Positions 59,233-64,000 of a DNA stretch of 64,000 nt are shown in pieces (position 1 is the stretch's first letter; each line of letters opens with the position of its first letter). A program made the position numbers and the translations under genes. This DNA is from an uncultured Candidatus Poseidoniales archaeon. GTDB taxonomy: Archaea; Thermoplasmatota; Poseidoniia; Poseidoniales; Poseidoniaceae. The notes beneath the pieces were generated by a model, which was not told the origin of the DNA, ran no database searches, and was given only the letters and a program-made list of their open reading frames with translations. The stretch spans positions 71,366 through 135,365 of the forward strand of contig CAZTGO010000002.1 in assembly GCA_964613395.1 (NCBI GenBank), in the 5' to 3' direction.

Positions 59233-59306
59233 AATTTCCCCAATTAATCCCAATTTATAGATGGTAAGGGTTTATCCGAAACCCCTTTGCATTTTATTTT
59301 ATGATA

Positions 59307-59321
59307 CAAAGGGCTTGCAGT
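59307..59321. repeat. Right arm of perfect 15-bp inverted repeat (CAAAGGGCTTGCAGT)
   Basis: Exact reverse complement of 58257-58271. Confidence 0.9.
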
Positions 59322-59363
59322 CGGTCGGTGCAAACGCTACCCTATGGTGAATCCAATAGAAGT

Positions 59364-60659
59364 TCAAACAGCTGGTAGGATACCAATTCGAGCAAGCCCT
59401 GCCCAAATAGGATCAAGGAAAGCAGGCAGGAATCTATGTCGTAGATAGACAGCGGCAGCAAGAGAAATTTTCTGAACTTTGTTGAGTTTCACCCGATTTG
59501 TGAATACATCGCCTTGTTGCTTCTCGATTTGCCTCAAAATTTTGTCGTAGAATGCGATCATAGCAGCAGGCGAGTATCGAGAACGCCGTGGAAGGAGTGG
59601 CAGGAGTTGACGAGCTTCTTCGAGGTATGTTCTTGCACGCTTTGCGTAATGGTGGCAATACGGTTCCCAGTGCTTGTTGACAACAATTCGACCATCCAAT
59701 TCCTCAGCACTCATTTTATTTCGCTCAATTTCATCTAGTGGAAGGTAGATTCGGTCCCGTTGAATGTCTTCCCCAACGTCGCGCAGAACGTTTGTGAGTT
59801 GCATGAAAATACCCCATGACTCTGCAAATTTCTTTGCTTGAGGGTCTTCATAACCATAAATTTCGATGCACATGAGTCCTACAACAGATGCTACTCTGTA
59901 GCAGTAAAGATAGAGTTCGTCAAATGTGCGATACCTGTTGTGATACAAGTCATCTTCCATTCCGGTGATGAGGTCGTCAAAATGTTGTTTTGAGATGTCG
60001 AATCTTGTCACAGTGTCTTTGAGTGCTAAGAATACAGGGTCGGTTGAATAGACATCAGTGTAACACGTGGACAATTTCTTTCTAAAGAAAAAGAGTTGAC
60101 TAATCTTCTTCTCGTAGGCTTCTTCATCAATGATTGTGGATAAATCTTGAAGATTTTCGAGTTTCTCTCGGTACTCTACTGCCTCTGGGTCGAGTGCACC
60201 TCGACTGCCGGGGAATCGGTCACTCCAGTCACCATCAGCGATGTCATCTGCTCTTCGACAAAACGCGTAGATTGCACACATTGCGAAGCGTTGATCCTCT
60301 GGAAGATATTTGAAGGAATGATAGAAATTACCAGCTTCTCTCATTGTCAATTCCTCACAGTACTTGTATGCAAGTTTGTAGAGTTCAGCGGGTGGATTTT
60401 CAGACCATATCGGTGCATCAAGATGAGCGAACGGGTCGACTAACTCATTTTTCTCTCCAACAATACCAATGTATTGTGCACCCTCTCGGATGGCTTCCAT
60501 CGCAGTCACACTTACTGCTTTCACGGCATCCTTTGCAAGCGTCACACCCGCTCGGAATCTAGAAAGCGTGGTCGGTCGAGAGGTATCGGTGCTAATCTCT
60601 GAACGTGCGTTTCCCTTGAGTGGGAAGAGCAAATCCAAAGGTTTTCTGCGCTCCAACAT
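59364..60659 (-). CDS. Squalene/phytoene synthase-family enzyme, HpnD/CrtB-like, with N-terminal extension
   Basis: REAGNFYHSFKYLPEDQRFAMCAIYAFCRRADDIADG carries the first Asp-rich motif. NVLRDVGEDIQRDRIYLPLDE carries the second. There is an extension of about 95 aa before the catalytic core and a hydrophobic C-terminus. Confidence 0.75.
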   Translation of the reverse strand: MLERRKPLDLLFPLKGNARSEISTDTSRPTTLSRFRAGVTLAKDAVKAVSVTAMEAIREGAQYIGIVGEKNELVDPFAHLDAPIWSENPPAELYKLAYKYCEELTMREAGNFYHSFKYLPEDQRFAMCAIYAFCRRADDIADGDWSDRFPGSRGALDPEAVEYREKLENLQDLSTIIDEEAYEKKISQLFFFRKKLSTCYTDVYSTDPVFLALKDTVTRFDISKQHFDDLITGMEDDLYHNRYRTFDELYLYCYRVASVVGLMCIEIYGYEDPQAKKFAESWGIFMQLTNVLRDVGEDIQRDRIYLPLDEIERNKMSAEELDGRIVVNKHWEPYCHHYAKRARTYLEEARQLLPLLPRRSRYSPAAMIAFYDKILRQIEKQQGDVFTNRVKLNKVQKISLAAAVYLRHRFLPAFLDPIWAGLARIGILPAV

Positions 60660-60761
60660 CCCAATCGATTTAGCCTAGGTGTTTTCCTTTTTGATTCCTT
60701 TCTTTTTCCGGGCTAGGATTTCATTGCCGATTTGTTGAAACATTTCGTGCCGTATAATTAC

Positions 60762-61715
60762 TCATTTTTTATTTGAAATTTTCCGCCATTTTCGCTTTGC
60801 ATAGAAGAGCAGTCTAATTTGTTTGAATTTACTTACTTTGGGCCGCTTCACCCAAGTATTGTACCTTTGCTTTCGAATTGATTTGAGAATCTCCTCTCCC
60901 CCAAGCGTGAACATCTCTAGGTCGACTGCGAGGTGAGCGTCCACTTTAGACCACAATTTCTTCCCTTCGTCAAACAGTGCTTGGGCTCGATCGACTTCTT
61001 CCTTCAGTATCTTTACCCAACGCTCATCATAGATCATGTTGTTGTAATCTTCAATGGTGTATTGGTATTTTTCCATAGTCTCTAACGGCAAATATCTTCT
61101 TCCTTGAACCAAATCTCGACGAATATCTTGCCAGTGATTTGCAAGTTGTAGGGCCGTGCACGTCGAGTCGGCGAGATGTCGTAACTCATCATTGTCATGA
61201 CCATACACATAGAGGAAGAGATGGCCAACTGGGTCAGCAGAATGTTCACAATACTGCTTCAATTCATCCCAAGACGAATATTGTATTCTCTCTTGGTCCC
61301 ACATAAATGCAGTAATGAGTTTTTCATAGGGCTTGATGGGTATGTTGAACGTCTTCGACGTATGGGCTAAGGCGATTAAAATTGGATGACGCGGTGTTCC
61401 ATTCCAGTTGTCATCGTGAGCTATTCTCAAATCTTCAAGCCATGCTTGTAAGAGCATCATTCTTTCATCTGGTGGAAATGGTGCATCATCGCCCAAATCG
61501 TCACCATACCTGCAAAAAGCGTAAACATTCTGAATATGGTTTCGGACTTCTGGTGGTGTAAAGTGATTGGTAATGATAAAATTCTCATAATGTGCTTTAG
61601 CTATTTTCTCACAGTATGCTTGTGCTTCATCGATGCTTTGGTGGGTATCCCATCCTGCCAATGTCACACCATGTTCGTTGATCGTATGCTGGCCCCAATC
61701 AAATTTCTCAGCCAT
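60762..61715 (-). CDS. Squalene/phytoene synthase-family enzyme, HpnC-like
   Basis: GGAGGT RBS; ATG 61715 overlaps the stop of the upstream oxidoreductase (ATGGCTGA). HYENFIITNHFTPPEVRNHIQNVYAFCRYGDDLGDD has the ENF...YAF.R..D motif of hydroxysqualene-synthase-like proteins. ANHWQDIRRDLVQGRRYLPLE is also present. The track start at 62066 was rejected. Confidence 0.7.
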   Translation of the reverse strand: MAEKFDWGQHTINEHGVTLAGWDTHQSIDEAQAYCEKIAKAHYENFIITNHFTPPEVRNHIQNVYAFCRYGDDLGDDAPFPPDERMMLLQAWLEDLRIAHDDNWNGTPRHPILIALAHTSKTFNIPIKPYEKLITAFMWDQERIQYSSWDELKQYCEHSADPVGHLFLYVYGHDNDELRHLADSTCTALQLANHWQDIRRDLVQGRRYLPLETMEKYQYTIEDYNNMIYDERWVKILKEEVDRAQALFDEGKKLWSKVDAHLAVDLEMFTLGGEEILKSIRKQRYNTWVKRPKVSKFKQIRLLFYAKRKWRKISNKK

Positions 61716-63177
61716 GGGTGAACCTCCATTCAGCAATGGTGTCATCTTTCCTTTCAGGTGGGCTAGGCCATGTCTCCCAATTTGAATCTGGGTTCCATTG
61801 TTGGCCAAGAATTTCTGCTGCAGCAATACATCCGGACCGAACAGCACCTTCCATCGTACTGGGCCATTTTGTCGCAGTATAGCAGCCAGCAAGCAGAACA
61901 GATGAATGAATGTAATCCGGCTTAGGTCGGAGTCTTGCTGTTCCTGGTCTTGGTGCAAAGGTTGCTTTCGGCATTCGTACGACAAGAGTCTCAACAGGCA
62001 AATTGTCCTTTGTTTCAGGAAACATTTTACCCAAAACTCGCTCCAATTCGACAAGCATTTCTTCATCGTTTAGATTCAAAAAATCATCAGCATGACTCAC
62101 AGGGACTGAAATCCATTGAATTCCGGGAGCGATTTGTTCCTGTAATTCGTGATTTCTGTTGAACACCATTTGAATTAAAGGTTCATCAATAATAGCAGAA
62201 AATGCAAAGGTTTTCGGTACTTTTTCTCCTCTATAGAATGCATGAATGCCCATGAGTGCGGTGTACTCAATATCCTCAAATGTTTCCAATTTTTCTCTCG
62301 AGGTTGTCAAAATCGACCCTGAGGATCCAAGTAATTTTCTTGTGATATGTGGGGGCGTTGCCAAAACAACCTTTTGTGCATGGTATGTTTTTCGATTCGT
62401 ACTCACCGTGCATTCACCTTTCGTGTCGACCTCAACGCTATTGACTGAAGAGGACAATTCGACGTTCACACCAGCGTCTTGAAGAGTTTCAAGAATTTCG
62501 GATTGAAAAATATGAGAAAGATGATGTTGAAAACAAGCAACATCAAATGCATCACTCGAGCCGAATATTCCAGTTTTGTAGAGCATGCAACCTTGTGCCG
62601 CACTTGCTTCCTTGACCTCGATGTTGAGTGCTGCGAGAATGAAAAATCCCCAAAATCGTTCAATGGCCTCAAACGTTTGTCCATGCTCAATAAGCCAGTC
62701 ATAGAACGAAATGTCATCGAGCGACCAGATTTCTTCTTCAGTCATCTTGTCTAACTTTTTGATTATTTTCCTCATGGCCAGTTTATCCTTTAATCCTAAA
62801 AACGGGAATTTGAGCATAGATCTCGCCATATGATTCGGTGGATTTAATTTCCCAGATTTTAAGGAAGCAAACTTTTGTGTTTTTGGGTCAAAAAAAGGAA
62901 GCACCGTTTTCTTCTGAATTTTCATTGCCCGTTGAGCATTACATCTGAATAAAAATTGAAAAAATCGTGAGTATATTCTAAACGCTGCGTGTTGGCAATT
63001 GTCCATTTGGAAATGTAATCGCGGATGTTCCACGCTAGCAACTCTGCCACCGAGAAAACGTCTTGCTTCGATAAGGGCAACTGATTTGCCAGCATCAGCT
63101 AATGCCAAGGCACACGAGACTCCCGCCAATCCTCCGCCAACGACAATAACATCATCGGTTTCCAAGAATCCCACCAT
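61708..63177 (-). CDS. FAD-dependent amine-oxidase-family oxidoreductase, HpnE-like
   Basis: DVIVVGGGLAGVSCALALADAGKSVALIEARRFLGGR is a dinucleotide fold. MDNCQHAAFRIY parallels the DNGQH.....Y of HpnE-type enzymes. The start is ambiguous among ATG 63177, 63210 and 63255. Confidence 0.7.
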   Translation of the reverse strand: MVGFLETDDVIVVGGGLAGVSCALALADAGKSVALIEARRFLGGRVASVEHPRLHFQMDNCQHAAFRIYSRFFQFLFRCNAQRAMKIQKKTVLPFFDPKTQKFASLKSGKLNPPNHMARSMLKFPFLGLKDKLAMRKIIKKLDKMTEEEIWSLDDISFYDWLIEHGQTFEAIERFWGFFILAALNIEVKEASAAQGCMLYKTGIFGSSDAFDVACFQHHLSHIFQSEILETLQDAGVNVELSSSVNSVEVDTKGECTVSTNRKTYHAQKVVLATPPHITRKLLGSSGSILTTSREKLETFEDIEYTALMGIHAFYRGEKVPKTFAFSAIIDEPLIQMVFNRNHELQEQIAPGIQWISVPVSHADDFLNLNDEEMLVELERVLGKMFPETKDNLPVETLVVRMPKATFAPRPGTARLRPKPDYIHSSVLLAGCYTATKWPSTMEGAVRSGCIAAAEILGQQWNPDSNWETWPSPPERKDDTIAEWRFTHG

Positions 63178-63302
63178 GATGTGCGAAGATGAAGGTTTAC
63201 AAATAGTCATGGAAAGAGACCTTGATGTTGATGCTCTTTCAACTCTAAATATCACAATGCTTTAGACTAAGGAGCAGAACCACTAAACAGAGAGGGTGCG
63301 AG

Positions 63303-64000
63303 ATGAATTGTGGGTCATGCAATGAAATGATTCCCGATGACAGCATGTTTTGTACTGAATGCGGGGCTCGCCAAGACACATCAATTGCAGGTTCATTCCA
63401 ACAGCCGATGCCGCAGCGTGATTTTGAGCCCGTGACCGGAATGAATGCTCGAATGCAACAAGAGGCTAACATGGGAACATTTCCAAATATGCAGCCAGAA
63501 CAATATCAAAACATGGCTCAAAACATTCAGCAAAATCAAAACCTTCCACCGAATATGTATCAACAAAATCAGATGGGATTTCCAAATCAAAACATGCCCA
63601 TGGGAAACCAACCCATGACCAACCATAATATGCCTATGGGAAACCAACCGATGCAGAATCAATCCATACCGATGGGGCGAACACAAAATGTTGTACCGAT
63701 GAACAATCAAATGGTCAATGTTCCTTCAACACAATCATCTGACATGCCAAAAGGAATCCGAGGTCCGAGTCTTGGTAGCGGAGCAGTTCCAACCGCTAAC
63801 CGTGGTCAATTCGACCCGGCACATTCCGGCGGTACGATGATTGCTCACAACCCTGAAGTGTCTCAGACAGATGCAATGGTCAATCGTCTGGCAGAAGCTG
63901 AACGAGCAGTCAAAGATGAGCGAAGGTCACAATGGTTGAACATGAATCAAAATGCAGCATCTGACGTTCTTTCTAGTCTCGGTGGCGACATCCCTTCACA
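63303..64000 (+). CDS. Zinc-ribbon protein with long Q/N/M/P-rich low-complexity region; 3' end off the right window edge (absent from ORF track)
   Basis: Own translation. GAGGGTG RBS, then ATG 63303: MNCGSCNEMIPDDSMFCTECGARQ (CxxC-x11-CxxC). This is followed by ...NMQPEQYQNMAQNIQQNQNLPPNMYQQNQMGFPNQNMPMGNQPMTNHNMPMGNQPMQNQSIPMG..., and the frame is open to nt 64000. Confidence 0.6.
   Translation, partial: MNCGSCNEMIPDDSMFCTECGARQDTSIAGSFQQPMPQRDFEPVTGMNARMQQEANMGTFPNMQPEQYQNMAQNIQQNQNLPPNMYQQNQMGFPNQNMPMGNQPMTNHNMPMGNQPMQNQSIPMGRTQNVVPMNNQMVNVPSTQSSDMPKGIRGPSLGSGAVPTANRGQFDPAHSGGTMIAHNPEVSQTDAMVNRLAEAERAVKDERRSQWLNMNQNAASDVLSSLGGDIPS

Noticed and set aside
61716-62066. N-terminal 117 codons of track ORF 60762..62066
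   Set aside because: It overlaps the HpnE-like gene out of frame and gives a Leu/Cys/Arg-rich nonsense sequence. A GGAGGT RBS and an ATG at 61715 that overlaps the upstream stop give a normal-length synthase.
59364-63177. Reading the cluster as a plain crtB-crtI carotenoid pair
   Set aside because: It is not fully excluded but is disfavoured. There are two synthase paralogues, one with the ENF-type HpnC motif. The oxidase has DNCQH instead of the CrtI FD.GP motif. I kept it as the stated alternative in the finding.

Overview
Densely packed archaeal chromosomal segment with about 58 protein-coding genes. I found no rRNA, tRNA, CRISPR array, transposase or integrase. All family calls come from reading motifs in the supplied translations. 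No database search was run. Start codons were refined by eye using GGAGG-like RBSs or stop/start overlaps.

Core content:
- a complete A1Ao ATP synthase operon in canonical archaeal order (atpH-I-K-E-C-F-A-B-D, 5.5-13.9 kb)
- SMC-ScpA-ScpB (20.1-25.8 kb) and class II HMG-CoA reductase
- the archaeal block PIN / aIF2-gamma / S6e / Orc1-Cdc6 (30.4-33.8 kb)
- Dph2, archaeal Hpt, NadB, PanE, LipB

Mixed in are bacterial- or eukaryote-like genes: class Ia RNR nrdB-nrdA, trimeric dUTPase, metF-metH, a class II CCA-adding enzyme, acyl-CoA dehydrogenase, an M61 peptidase and an HpnC/D/E-like module. This mixture, in a moderately AT-rich background, suggests an uncultured marine Thermoplasmatota (MGII/III-like) genome. 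That assignment is inference only.

Two edge-truncated ORFs are absent from the supplied track: a secreted protein on the minus strand at 1-1132, and a zinc-ribbon Q/N-rich protein on the plus strand at 63303-64000.

Best candidates for something undescribed:
1. A pilin-like lamin-tail-domain surface protein followed by an operon of three KaiC/RecA-fold paralogues, only one with an intact P-loop (1.27-4.6 kb).
2. A three-gene overlapping operon: a divergent Orc1/Cdc6-like AAA+ protein with Walker A Lys->Arg and a C-terminal wHTH, a beta-propeller-like protein, and DUF357. It is preceded by three helically phased TTAACGCGTTAA-type palindromes (27.1-30.4 kb).
3. A roughly 1.07 kb two-gene cassette flanked by a perfect 15-bp inverted repeat. 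At its centre is a GC-rich structured element carrying UGAUGA...CUGA boxes (58.26-59.32 kb).
4. An HpnC/HpnD/HpnE-like squalene module in an archaeal context (59.4-63.2 kb).
5. An M50 site-2-protease homologue with all catalytic motifs replaced, directly downstream of atpD.

A strongly GC-rich glycosyltransferase gene (34.0-35.2 kb) marks a probable horizontally acquired glycosylation islet.
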